A stretch of 18,649 nucleotides of DNA from Candidatus Coatesbacteria bacterium (GTDB lineage: Bacteria > RBG-13-66-14 > B26-G2 > WVWN01 > G020348885): NCBI GenBank assembly GCA_020348885.1, contig CP070755.1, forward strand, positions 747,734 to 766,382. Reading direction: 5' to 3'. The notes below the pieces were generated by a model that worked only from the letters and a program-made list of their open reading frames with translations, was not told where the DNA came from and searched no databases. Positions 1 to 7,953 of the stretch are shown piece by piece (position 1 is the stretch's first letter; each line of letters begins with the position of its first letter). A program made the translations under genes and the position numbers.

Positions 1-35
1 CGACGGAAAACCGGGCACCAAAACCGACGGAAACG

Positions 36-1508
36 ATGGAACGGATTAAGGAAATCGCAGGGAACTTCTGGGTACAGGTAGCTGCGTTCTGCTTCCTCAC
101 TGTATTCTCCGTGTTCTTACGGATTTTATTTTTACCTGTGACGCCCGACTTGGTCATATCACCTTTCTTTTCGTTAATCGATATAAGAATAAACGTGTAC
201 ATCTTATTACCGGCCTTCGTCTTCATCGGCTTCTTCCTATCCATTAAACCATTTTTAAGGTTCCCCACGGCGGGCAAAGTAATGTTCTTGGCCTCTTTTT
301 TCGTTCTGCTCACGGTAGCCGTAAATTCGGCCGACGGCGGTTTACACGAGATATATTTCCGCGCGCTCGGGGAATACCGAACCGACGCGTTAAAACTATA
401 CGAGCATGGGAACTTCCTGCGCGATTATCATCTCAACGTTAAAGGTTTAAGGGGACATACAACGGTACACCCACCTGGCACTTTCGTCTATTTATATCCT
501 TTTATAAAACTTTTAGGCCCAAACTGGAGGTTAATCGCAGTCGTGAACGCCCTTATCGCCAGCGCGGGCGCGGTATTAACGTGGAAATCCGCCGAAGAAA
601 TTTACGGCAGGGAAACGGCCGATTTCGCGGCGATGTTATATATCGCCGCGCCGAGTTTAATCCTGTACGGTTCGGGTTTCGACGCGGTTTACTGTTTTAT
701 AGGTACGTTAATTCTCTATTTCTCAGCTCTACTCTTAAACCGGCGGATGCCGGTATACGCCGTTTTAACCGGCGTTGCCCTGGCGATAGGCTTCTTTTTT
801 TCGTACCAGCTGGTCTTCTTAGCCCTATTGATCATCGTCTGGTCGGTCGTTTACCTGGTTAAAAAACCCAAAAACGGGGACAAAAAACGGGACACGTTCG
901 AAAGCGATTCGAACACATCATATTCGACGAATAATCGTTTGAAAACGGTTACCTTAAGCGAGACGTTCGCGAACGTATCGATAACCTTCGCGACATCGGC
1001 ACTCTTTTTTATATTTCTATATCTCGCGTTCGGATACGACGTAATAACCGTATTCCGACACCAATTACGTACCGCCGAAAAGTGGTTCAGCGCAGGGTGG
1101 AACGTCCTGTATTGGATTAAGTTAACGTTCTTCAAGGCGAGACCGTACGTAGGCGAACACCGTTCATATATCGAATGGGTCGCCGGGAACTTAATAGCTT
1201 TCGGTTTCCTGCTGGGGCCACCTACCGTTGTATTATTCATAAAAAACCAATTCCGCAAGACCCGAACCGGACGAAAACCCGACGGGGGTTATATTTTTAT
1301 ATCGGCGGTTACTGTTAGTTTCGTTTTGTATAACCTATCAGGGATGACACTTGGAGAAACCGAGCGCGTTTGGAACTTCATGATACCTCTTTTCGTAATC
1401 GGCGCCGGGTTTCAGCTCAGAGAAAACACGCGGTTATTATATCCCGTTTTAATCGTCAACCTCGTGATAAGCTGGCTTTTCGAGGTTTTTTTCTGGCACG
1501 TGAATTAA
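36..1508 (+). CDS. Polytopic integral membrane protein of about 13-14 TM helices in two hydrophobic blocks joined by a hydrophilic K/D/S-rich linker (protein residues ~270-305). Tentatively a GT-C superfamily glycosyltransferase (DUF2029/GT87-like) or a Wzy-like glycan polymerase.
   Basis: The 490-aa ORF is almost entirely hydrophobic helices. A periplasmic-loop-like stretch reads 'ADGGLHEIYF…LYEHG…VHPPGTFVYLYPF', which resembles the Asp and YxYPP loop motifs I recall from PimE/DUF2029 mannosyltransferases. That recall is from memory and unverified. The gene is visibly more A+T-rich than the downstream genes, with many TTA/ATA/AAA codons, as is typical of wzy/GT-C genes in polysaccharide loci. 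Only a weak RBS (GGAAA) precedes the ATG. Confidence 0.4.
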   Translation: MERIKEIAGNFWVQVAAFCFLTVFSVFLRILFLPVTPDLVISPFFSLIDIRINVYILLPAFVFIGFFLSIKPFLRFPTAGKVMFLASFFVLLTVAVNSADGGLHEIYFRALGEYRTDALKLYEHGNFLRDYHLNVKGLRGHTTVHPPGTFVYLYPFIKLLGPNWRLIAVVNALIASAGAVLTWKSAEEIYGRETADFAAMLYIAAPSLILYGSGFDAVYCFIGTLILYFSALLLNRRMPVYAVLTGVALAIGFFFSYQLVFLALLIIVWSVVYLVKKPKNGDKKRDTFESDSNTSYSTNNRLKTVTLSETFANVSITFATSALFFIFLYLAFGYDVITVFRHQLRTAEKWFSAGWNVLYWIKLTFFKARPYVGEHRSYIEWVAGNLIAFGFLLGPPTVVLFIKNQFRKTRTGRKPDGGYIFISAVTVSFVLYNLSGMTLGETERVWNFMIPLFVIGAGFQLRENTRLLYPVLIVNLVISWLFEVFFWHVN

Positions 1509-1534
1509 ACTGTTCCCTATCCTCATCTCGTCTT

Positions 1535-1556
1535 CGCCGAAAAAACCGTTTCGGCG
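1535..1556 (+). terminator. Perfect 8-bp hairpin (CGCCGAAA/TTTCGGCG, 6-nt loop) 27 nt after the stop of the membrane-protein gene, with no following U-tract.
   Basis: The inverted repeat was read directly from the sequence. No T-run follows on either strand, so it is at best a weak or Rho-assisted terminator, or an RNA-stability hairpin. Confidence 0.2.
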
Positions 1557-1624
1557 GTCGATACGTCCGCGCGGCCTATACGCTGTTTAATAAAACGAAA
1601 TAAAAAACAAAGGACACTAACCAT

Positions 1625-2638
1625 ATGTCGGCGATTATAGAATGCACCCTCTGCCCGACCCGTTGCGTATTGGAGAACTACCAGCGGGGCGACTGCCGCG
1701 TCCGGATTAACGTCGAGGGGCGGTTGAAGACGCTGGTCTACGGGAAGCCGTGCACCGTCCACGTAGACCCGATGGAAAAGAAACCTCTCTTTCATTTCTT
1801 GCCCGATACGTCCATCTATTCGGTGGCCACCGCCGGGTGCAATCTCCACTGCAAGTACTGCCAGAACTGGGGCATCAGCCAGACGCCGCCGGAAAAGACC
1901 CGCAACGTCGACCTCGACCCGGGGCAAACCGTAGCCGGGGCGCTGGCCGCCGGGTGTAAATCCATAGCGTATACGTACTCGGAACCGATAGTCTTTTTCG
2001 AGTATACGGTTGACACCTGCCGGCTGGCCCGTAAGGAAGGCCTCCGGAACGTCCTGGTCACCGCCGGTTACGTCGAGGAAAAACCCCTGCGGGAGCTGTG
2101 CGAGGCGGCCGATGCCGCCAACGTCGATTTCAAGGCGATTACCGACGATTTCTACCGGGAGGTCTGCGGCGGGCGAATCAAGCCGGTCCAGCGCGCTTTG
2201 ACGATTATGCAGGAGATGGGCCTCTGGCTCGAGGTGACCAACCTGCTCGTCCCGACGCTTAACGATTCGCCGGAGATGGTCGAAGGCTTAATCCGTTGGG
2301 TACTCGACAACTTGGGCCCGGACGTCCCCCTCCACTTCTCCCGGTTCACGCCGACGTATCAGCTCGAGAACCTGCCGCCGACCTCCGTGGAGACGCTCAC
2401 AAAGGCCAGAGAAACGGCGCTCGAGGCGGGGGTACGTTTCCCGTACGTGGGGAACGTACCGGGGCACGAGGGCAACAACACCTACTGCCCCGGCTGCGGC
2501 CGCTTACTCGTGGGGCGTTTCGGCTTCCTCATAACCGACTACGATATCGTTGACGGGAAATGCGCCGGTTGCGGCGAGCCCATCCCCGGCGTGTGGGAAC
2601 GCGGCGACTGGGACGGGAGCATAAGGATAGTTATGTAG
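1625..2638 (+). CDS. AmmeMemoRadiSam system radical SAM enzyme
   Basis: The N-terminus 'ECTLCPTRC…GDCRVR…LKTLVYGKP…HVDPMEKKPLFHFLP…SVATAGCNLHCKYCQNWGISQ' carries the radical SAM CX3CX2C (C72/C76/C79). The C-terminal zinc-ribbon-like pair 'CPGCG…CAGCG' is also present. The layout and the motifs 'HVDPIEKKPLFHF' and 'CQNWxISQ' match the AmmeMemoRadiSam (PFL-activase-like) family. An AAGGA RBS lies about 13 nt upstream of the ATG. Confidence 0.8.
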   Translation: MSAIIECTLCPTRCVLENYQRGDCRVRINVEGRLKTLVYGKPCTVHVDPMEKKPLFHFLPDTSIYSVATAGCNLHCKYCQNWGISQTPPEKTRNVDLDPGQTVAGALAAGCKSIAYTYSEPIVFFEYTVDTCRLARKEGLRNVLVTAGYVEEKPLRELCEAADAANVDFKAITDDFYREVCGGRIKPVQRALTIMQEMGLWLEVTNLLVPTLNDSPEMVEGLIRWVLDNLGPDVPLHFSRFTPTYQLENLPPTSVETLTKARETALEAGVRFPYVGNVPGHEGNNTYCPGCGRLLVGRFGFLITDYDIVDGKCAGCGEPIPGVWERGDWDGSIRIVM

Positions 2639-2669
2639 TCGGGGCTACCCGTTTTAAGCTCGCCCCGAC
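2638..2669. terminator. Intergenic hairpin (GTCGGGGC…GCCCCGAC, 8-bp stem, 16-nt loop) in the convergent gap between the radical SAM and HGD-D-like genes. A second 6-bp hairpin lies at 2669..2688.
   Basis: The inverted repeats were read directly. They sit in a 106-bp tail-to-tail intergenic region, which is the expected place for terminators, but there is no clear U-tract. Confidence 0.25.
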
Positions 2670-2744
2670 GAGTTATCGGCGAAACTCGGCGGAACCGGAT
2701 AGCGTAGCCGTAGGTATTTCCTCAAACGGAAAAGCGATTCCGGG

Positions 2745-3716
2745 TTATAAACGTGACCGCCGCCGCCCAAGCATCTCCAGAAAACACTCCAACCGTAGCC
2801 CAGCCTGCGCCGACAGCGGCCCCGGTCGGTCGCCCTCCAGGGTCAGCACCGGTACGTCCAGATGCCGCCTTATGAGCGCATCCTCGATGTGGCGGTAGCA
2901 AAAGCTCTGGACGTAGTTGATGACGCCCACTATCCCCCTTTTTTTCACTTCCTTCTTGATGTCTTTGAGTCGTGCCCAGACCCCGTAAGGGTAAGTATAT
3001 TCCGCGTACGCGGAAATCAGGTCGGGGGCGCCGGAGACCATCGCGAACTGCCTCGGTATCTCGTCGTAAACGATTCCGGCGCCCCGCTCGGTCAGGAAAT
3101 CGAACAGGCCCGAGAAGACGGGAGGAACGCCCAGAAGCCCCAGCCGCGTCTCCGGCGGCGACGGCTTTCGGGCTTTTGCCTCGGTTAAAAAGCCGTCCAC
3201 CCTCTCGGCGAAACCGTCCGCATCGCCTCCGCCCATGTCGCTGGCCGCCAGCAGGTAGTCGTGGTTTTCGGAACCGGTAATTCTATTCTCCTCCCACGTC
3301 AGCCTATCGATTTCCGCCAGGTCTTGCCTAACCGCCGCGAGGGCTTCGTACTGGTCGTGGGCGGCGCCCATCGCGTAGCCCAATCGCCCCGCGAGGCGTT
3401 CCACTTCGCGGGTAAGCTCGTCCCGGTCCGGCGCGTGTGGAAAGGCGAAAGGTATCACCTCGACGCCGGCGTCCTCCAGCGTCTCCATCAGGGCGATCGT
3501 GTTACTGCAATCGCCGCCGGTTACGCCGACGACCTTTTTGATTCCGTGCGAAATTACGATATCGAAAATCCCTTTGGTCCAACTGCAGCAGTTGCGCGGG
3601 AAGCCGGCACGCTCGGCCCGCCGGACTCCTTCGCCCGGGTCCGCACCGCCGATGAAAAGGTTATTTAAGTCAACCGGGCGCGAACCCGCGCCCAGTATCA
3701 CTTCTATCGGTAACAT
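2745..3716 (-). CDS. 2-hydroxyacyl-CoA dehydratase D-component / BadD / BcrC (HGD-D) family protein, as a lone subunit
   Basis: Cys-containing motifs 'NCCSWTKG', 'GGDCSN' and 'VINYVQSFCYRH' and the C-terminal 'LTLEGDRPGP…RLECFLEML' resemble the conserved core and C-terminus of HgdB/BcrC-type subunits. The 'RIEAFLEM'-like ending is recalled from memory. At 323 aa it is shorter than canonical HgdB. No HgdA partner or HgdC/activase ATPase lies within the window. Confidence 0.5.
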   Translation of the reverse strand: MLPIEVILGAGSRPVDLNNLFIGGADPGEGVRRAERAGFPRNCCSWTKGIFDIVISHGIKKVVGVTGGDCSNTIALMETLEDAGVEVIPFAFPHAPDRDELTREVERLAGRLGYAMGAAHDQYEALAAVRQDLAEIDRLTWEENRITGSENHDYLLAASDMGGGDADGFAERVDGFLTEAKARKPSPPETRLGLLGVPPVFSGLFDFLTERGAGIVYDEIPRQFAMVSGAPDLISAYAEYTYPYGVWARLKDIKKEVKKRGIVGVINYVQSFCYRHIEDALIRRHLDVPVLTLEGDRPGPLSAQAGLRLECFLEMLGRRRSRL

Positions 3717-3754
3717 CGTCGTAATGCCGACCCTGTTGTCGTTTTCCGCAGAGA

Positions 3755-4543
3755 TTAACTCGGCTCCTCGGTTTCCTCGTCTTCGGGGCTTAGCCTTATA
3801 AAGGTATAGTTTTCGCCGTGTTTTCGCTTGCCGCCGAAGCCGCCGCCCCGGGTCGCGAACTCGATTTCGTCGACGGTCATGTCCATCCAGGTCTCCTTGG
3901 AACGGCCCTCGTAGTATCGTACTAACATCTTCTGCCGGAGGCTGTATGTCAACTCGCAGTGTTCAGGTCCGTCCCAGGTAACTTTGTAGATAGCGTGTCC
4001 GGGACGTTCGTCCATCAGGTTGAGTAAGGTCTCGGCCTGCTTCATCGAATCGAACATTCGACTCCGGGACCCGAGGTATATCGTTTCTTCGGTATCGGAC
4101 GTTATCCGGTACGGATCCTCGTCTACGGCACCCAGCATCTCGTCCACGTACCGCTCCTCGTGGAAGTTCGGCCTATTTATACGCAGGGTAGCAACAAGCG
4201 AAGTATCTTCGGTCCCGCCGATCTCGGCGCTCTCCACGTCGAAGTACACGTCCACCCAGATAATGTCGTACTCGGGGTACTTGTGCTTATCGAAATAGTT
4301 AAAGAGCCGCTTAATATCTTTTTTCGTCGTTCCCGGCGCAACGGCTATCCTGAGCGTAACCGACGGCTCCTTAGCTTCCTCGTCAATGTCGACGCTGCCG
4401 ACCACGTACTCTACCGGCGGGGGTTTGTACGCCGCGTCGACCTCCCCACCGGTTTCGCCCTCGTCGCCGCCGCCACAACCGACCATTACCCCGACAAGCG
4501 CGACGAAAAGGGCAACCGACACCGATGCGTAAACCTTACTCAT
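3755..4543 (-). CDS. Putative lipoprotein of unknown function
   Basis: The N-terminal signal peptide ends in a lipobox-like 'VMVG|C' followed by a Gly-rich 'GGGDEGETGG'. The mature part is hydrophilic and acidic, with a C-terminal 'EDEETEEPS' tail. No family was recognised. The gene sits between coaX and the HGD-D-like gene with 28- and 38-nt gaps. Confidence 0.55.
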   Translation of the reverse strand: MSKVYASVSVALFVALVGVMVGCGGGDEGETGGEVDAAYKPPPVEYVVGSVDIDEEAKEPSVTLRIAVAPGTTKKDIKRLFNYFDKHKYPEYDIIWVDVYFDVESAEIGGTEDTSLVATLRINRPNFHEERYVDEMLGAVDEDPYRITSDTEETIYLGSRSRMFDSMKQAETLLNLMDERPGHAIYKVTWDGPEHCELTYSLRQKMLVRYYEGRSKETWMDMTVDEIEFATRGGGFGGKRKHGENYTFIRLSPEDEETEEPS

Positions 4544-4571
4544 AGTGCGTCCCTCCAGTCCAGCCCCCGAC

Positions 4572-5345
4572 CTATCTGTTCATCTTATTATAAGCGTACG
4601 ACAAACCTTTCAACGTCAGATCCGGATCCGTTACCTCGATATATTCGGAACATTCGACCACGTACCTGGCCAACCCGCCGGTCGCGACCACGGGGCACCT
4701 CTCGCCTACCTCCTCCCGGAACTTTTCGATCATACCGTCGACGGCCGCGGCGGTCCCGTATATCAATCCGGACCGTATCGAATCGGTCGTGTTTTTCCCG
4801 ACTGCCGACGCGGGCGCTTCGAACTCGACGGGCACGAGCCGGGCCGCCGACTCGGTAAGGGTCTTCGCCGCACGACCGAGGCCCGGCATTATCGCCCCGC
4901 CGACGTAATCTCCGTTGCCGTTCACCAGGTCGAGGGTAGTAGCGGTCCCGAAGTCGACTATAATTACGGGCGCGCCGAACGTCTCGCGGGCGGCGAGGGC
5001 GTCCACGACCCGGTCCGCGCCCACGTCTTCCGGCCGGTCGTAAGCGACGTTTATACCGAGCCGGGAGTAGTCCGGCCCCACGACGGTCGGCCTCCGGCCG
5101 AAATAACGTACCAGGGCCGTCTCGATTTTATCCGTCAGCGGCGGCACGACGCTGCAGACGATAGAATCCGCCGTCCCGATCTCGCGGCCCGCCCTCGATT
5201 CGATCAAACTAGCCATGAATAGACCGTACTCGTCGGCGGTCCGTTCGCCGCAAGTGGAGAGCCGAAAGCTGAAAAGCAGGTTTCCCTCGTCGAAAAGACC
5301 GCAGACCACCTGGGTGTTACCTATGTCGACTGCGAGAAGCTCCAT
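4572..5345 (-). CDS. coaX: Type III pantothenate kinase
   Basis: The N-terminus 'MELLAVDIGNTQVVCGLF' is the CoaX/Bvg-accessory-factor phosphate-binding motif (DxGNT). The later 'IIVDFGTATTLD' and 'GGAIMPG' are the second and third actin-fold ATPase motifs of CoaX. The 257-aa length is typical. A GAGGT RBS lies 6 nt upstream of the start. Confidence 0.85.
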   Translation of the reverse strand: MELLAVDIGNTQVVCGLFDEGNLLFSFRLSTCGERTADEYGLFMASLIESRAGREIGTADSIVCSVVPPLTDKIETALVRYFGRRPTVVGPDYSRLGINVAYDRPEDVGADRVVDALAARETFGAPVIIVDFGTATTLDLVNGNGDYVGGAIMPGLGRAAKTLTESAARLVPVEFEAPASAVGKNTTDSIRSGLIYGTAAAVDGMIEKFREEVGERCPVVATGGLARYVVECSEYIEVTDPDLTLKGLSYAYNKMNR

Positions 5346-5347
5346 GG

Positions 5348-6541
5348 TTACCTCTTCGCGGCCCGCTCGAAAACCTCGAGGAACCTGGCCGCCGATATTT
5401 CGACCGTCCAGCCCTCCTCGACGTACGAACGGCAGTTGGCGACCATCCCGGCCCAGAGAGAGTCGTCGGTCAGAAGACGCGCCACGGCTTCGCCGAACTT
5501 TTCGGTATCCCGGTCGACCAACCTACCGACCACGCCGTCGGCCACGGTCTCCCGGAAGCCGCCCTCCTTCACGGCGACGACCGGCGTGCCGCACGCCATC
5601 GCCTCGAGGGGCACGAGCCCGAACGGCTCGACCACCTGGGCCAGGGCCACTAACCTACACCGCTGATACTCCTTTACTATACCTTCTTCGGTAAGCATAG
5701 GCAACAGTTTGAGGGAAACGCCCAGCTCCGCGGCCCGTGTTTCCATATAACCCGATTCGCCCGGGAAGTCCCGATTATAGACCACCCGCAGTTCCGGCCG
5801 CACCGATTCCGGGATTTCGCCGAGAGATTCGAGTATAAAACGGTGCCCCTTGAACGGCGCGAGGACGCCGACGGACAGTACGGCGTTATCTCGTTCGCCC
5901 GTCGGAAGAGCCGTCGACGGAAACCGGGACAGATCCACACCCGGATAAATTACCTCCGGGAAAACGCCGTACGTCTTTATTAACGCTTCGCGGGTATGGT
6001 ACGAGTTCGCAACGATACAATCGGCGGCCGCGGCGTTCTTCCTGTCTCTCCCTCTCGCCAGCGTATCCGACGGGAGGTTTAAAAAAGCGCCCAACCGGTT
6101 TCGAAAACCATAGTCCGGGCGCGTCAACCGCGGGTGCTCGAACAACCTGCGGTGTACCTCCTGGGAGTAGTAAACCGTGGGGGTCTTCGCGAACCTCAAA
6201 AGCGACGGGGACTGCTCGACCCTGCAGTGGTCAACGAGTACCGCGCCGAAGCCGCCCGCGTCAATATCGCGGGCGACGCGCCCGGCCAATCGCCACAAGC
6301 GCCGGAGTCGCTCGACGTCAAAAGGGCGCCACAAAGGACCGACGTAGTCACTCACGGTCTTTAGCTTGAACGGGTAAACCGTTTCCGACGCGACGTAAGG
6401 TGTAAGCGGATAGAAGTCCCGGTCCGCCGACGCCGGCACGAAAAGGTGGAACTCCACGTCTGGAGACAACGCGGCCATCAAATCGTGAAGAAAGCGCTTC
6501 GCGCCGCCTGACGGCAGGTTATGGTAAACGGCTACGCGCAC
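5348..6541 (-). CDS. Glycosyltransferase family 4 (GT-B fold) protein
   Basis: It carries the '[19 protein letters not shown]' (EX7E-type) GT4 signature in the C-terminal half. The start is a GTG preceded by AGGGAGG, and the 5' end overlaps the upstream GT4 gene by 10 nt. The stop lies 2 nt before coaX. Confidence 0.8.
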   Translation of the reverse strand: MRVAVYHNLPSGGAKRFLHDLMAALSPDVEFHLFVPASADRDFYPLTPYVASETVYPFKLKTVSDYVGPLWRPFDVERLRRLWRLAGRVARDIDAGGFGAVLVDHCRVEQSPSLLRFAKTPTVYYSQEVHRRLFEHPRLTRPDYGFRNRLGAFLNLPSDTLARGRDRKNAAAADCIVANSYHTREALIKTYGVFPEVIYPGVDLSRFPSTALPTGERDNAVLSVGVLAPFKGHRFILESLGEIPESVRPELRVVYNRDFPGESGYMETRAAELGVSLKLLPMLTEEGIVKEYQRCRLVALAQVVEPFGLVPLEAMACGTPVVAVKEGGFRETVADGVVGRLVDRDTEKFGEAVARLLTDDSLWAGMVANCRSYVEEGWTVEISAARFLEVFERAAKR

Positions 6542-7671
6542 CGAGCGGCCTCCCTATAAACCTCCGCCGTTTCGCCGGCGGCCTTCGACCAGGAGAAATG
6601 ACCGGCCCGTTCCAACCCCGCGTCGCTGAGCTCGCTTCTCAATCGGTCGTTCTCCGTTATTCGTATCATTTCGGCCACGAACGCGCCGGCTTCGCCGGTC
6701 GGCACGAGGGAGCCCCACCGACCCACGACCTCCGAGACCGACGAATTATCGTACGCGATTACGGGGGTACCGCACGCCATGGCCTCCAGCGGCGGCAACC
6801 CGAACCCTTCGTATAGCGACGGGAACAGGAAGACCCGGGCGCCGCAATACAGGGCCGGCATCATTTCCTCGGATAAAAAACCGGTATAGGCTACTTCGCC
6901 ACCAACGATACCGCCGTGGGTACCTTCCGGCCATGTAAAACGGACGTTTCGGTAATATTCCGGGTTCCCCGTAAGCACAAGGGGTAGCGGCGCCCGGGAC
7001 TGCTCGCAGTATCGTCCATATATTTCCAACAAACCGCTGAGGTTTTTACGGTAATCGGTCGCTCCAACGTACAACAAATATTCGTCGGGAAGGTTAACTC
7101 GTTCGTTTAATCCACCGCAGCGAGCATCGGGTTTATATTGGGACGAACACGCTTCGTAGATAACGCGGATTTTGTCGGGCGGAACGCCCATATACCTGAC
7201 GATATCGCGCGCCGACGAGTTAGAAACGGTTATAACGGCCGCGGCCCGCCGCGCGGCGGCGGCCTGTATATTGAAGAAAACTTTCTCCCTCAATAGTAAC
7301 GACCGGCCCGGGAAGACAGCCGATATACAATCGTGAACGGTCAAAACGAACCGTTTCGGCGACCACGGCGGCACCACTTGCATATTATAATGCACGACCG
7401 CTACGTCCATTGCCCGGACGGCACGGGGCGTTTGTATCAAGTCGAATATGACCGACCGATATCGGTCGTGGTCGTCCGGGAGTTTTACCCCGGTGAAACT
7501 CGCTCCGTCGGGGAGCGACGGCTCCGGCGCGCCGGCCAGACCGAGAAAGCGGAGGTTTATGTCACCTTCCCCTTCTGATAACGCCGAATACAACTCCGCC
7601 GTATACCGCCCTATCCCCCGGAACCTGTGGGCGGTCTGCAACGGGCGTATATCGAACCCAACCTCTAACAT
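6532..7671 (-). CDS. Glycosyltransferase family 4 (GT-B fold) protein
   Basis: The N-terminus '[12 protein letters not shown]…GIGRYTAEL' and '[21 protein letters not shown]' are typical GT4 mannosyl/glucosyl-transferase motifs. An AGGGAA RBS precedes the start. It is the first gene of the GT4-GT4-coaX-lipoprotein-HGD-D operon. Confidence 0.8.
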   Translation of the reverse strand: MLEVGFDIRPLQTAHRFRGIGRYTAELYSALSEGEGDINLRFLGLAGAPEPSLPDGASFTGVKLPDDHDRYRSVIFDLIQTPRAVRAMDVAVVHYNMQVVPPWSPKRFVLTVHDCISAVFPGRSLLLREKVFFNIQAAAARRAAAVITVSNSSARDIVRYMGVPPDKIRVIYEACSSQYKPDARCGGLNERVNLPDEYLLYVGATDYRKNLSGLLEIYGRYCEQSRAPLPLVLTGNPEYYRNVRFTWPEGTHGGIVGGEVAYTGFLSEEMMPALYCGARVFLFPSLYEGFGLPPLEAMACGTPVIAYDNSSVSEVVGRWGSLVPTGEAGAFVAEMIRITENDRLRSELSDAGLERAGHFSWSKAAGETAEVYREAARCA

Positions 7672-7685
7672 CGTTCCCTTTAAGT

Positions 7686-7719
7686 AAAAAAGCAGGAACG
7701 ACGAAAACGCCGTTCCTGC
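7686..7719 (-). terminator. Rho-independent terminator of tatA
   Basis: On the - strand there is a perfect 9-bp stem GCAGGAACG / CGTTCCTGC with a 10-nt loop, followed directly by TTTTTT (plus strand 7686-7691 AAAAAA). It lies 32 nt downstream of the tatA stop. Confidence 0.6.
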
Positions 7720-7720
7720 G

Positions 7721-7729
7721 ATTATATCA
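7721..7729 (-). promoter_or_regulatory. Candidate extended -10 promoter (TGATATAAT) for the GT4 operon, overlapping the tatA terminator
   Basis: The - strand reads ...TTTGATATAATCGCAGGAACG..., a perfect TGnTATAAT element. The predicted transcription start falls inside the 5' arm of the terminator stem. Confidence 0.35.
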
Positions 7730-7750
7730 AAGTCGAATTAAGCCGCCACC

Positions 7751-7933
7751 CTATTTTTCCTTCTCTTCGTTATCGCGGGTAATCTCGTCGGTAATTTCTC
7801 GCGAAGCCTTTTTGAACTCGCGAATGCCCTTACCGAGGCCTTTACCTATCTCGGGCAGCCGCCGGGCACCGAACAGAATTAGGATTACAAGGAGAATAAG
7901 GAGTATCTCGGGAACGCCTATCGAACCGAACAT
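7751..7933 (-). CDS. tatA: Twin-arginine translocase subunit TatA/E
   Basis: The 60-aa protein 'MFGSIGVPEILLILLVILILFGARRLPEIGKGLGKGIREFKKA' has an N-terminal TM helix, the Gly hinge and an amphipathic helix with the conserved 'FG' and 'G…G.GIR.FKK' signature, then an acidic tail. A GGTGGTGA RBS precedes it. Confidence 0.8.
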   Translation of the reverse strand: MFGSIGVPEILLILLVILILFGARRLPEIGKGLGKGIREFKKASREITDEITRDNEEKEK

Positions 7934-7953
7934 CGCAAATCACCACCGGACGT

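Noticed and set aside
1535-1556. The hairpin after the 36..1508 gene, considered as an intrinsic terminator.
   Set aside because: It is a perfect 8-bp stem but no U-tract follows on either strand. It is listed only at low confidence as a possible weak or Rho-assisted terminator.
4160-5222. Long + strand ORFs (4160..4858, 4545..5222), antisense to the lipoprotein and coaX genes. Similar antisense ORFs lie inside other genes, for example 2972..3280, 5215..5694, 2296..2898 and 12904..13335.
   Set aside because: They are Arg/Pro/Ser/Gly-rich with no hydrophobic core or motifs. They lie entirely within better-supported genes on the opposite strand that have recognisable families and RBSs. These are typical shadow ORFs of G+C-rich DNA.
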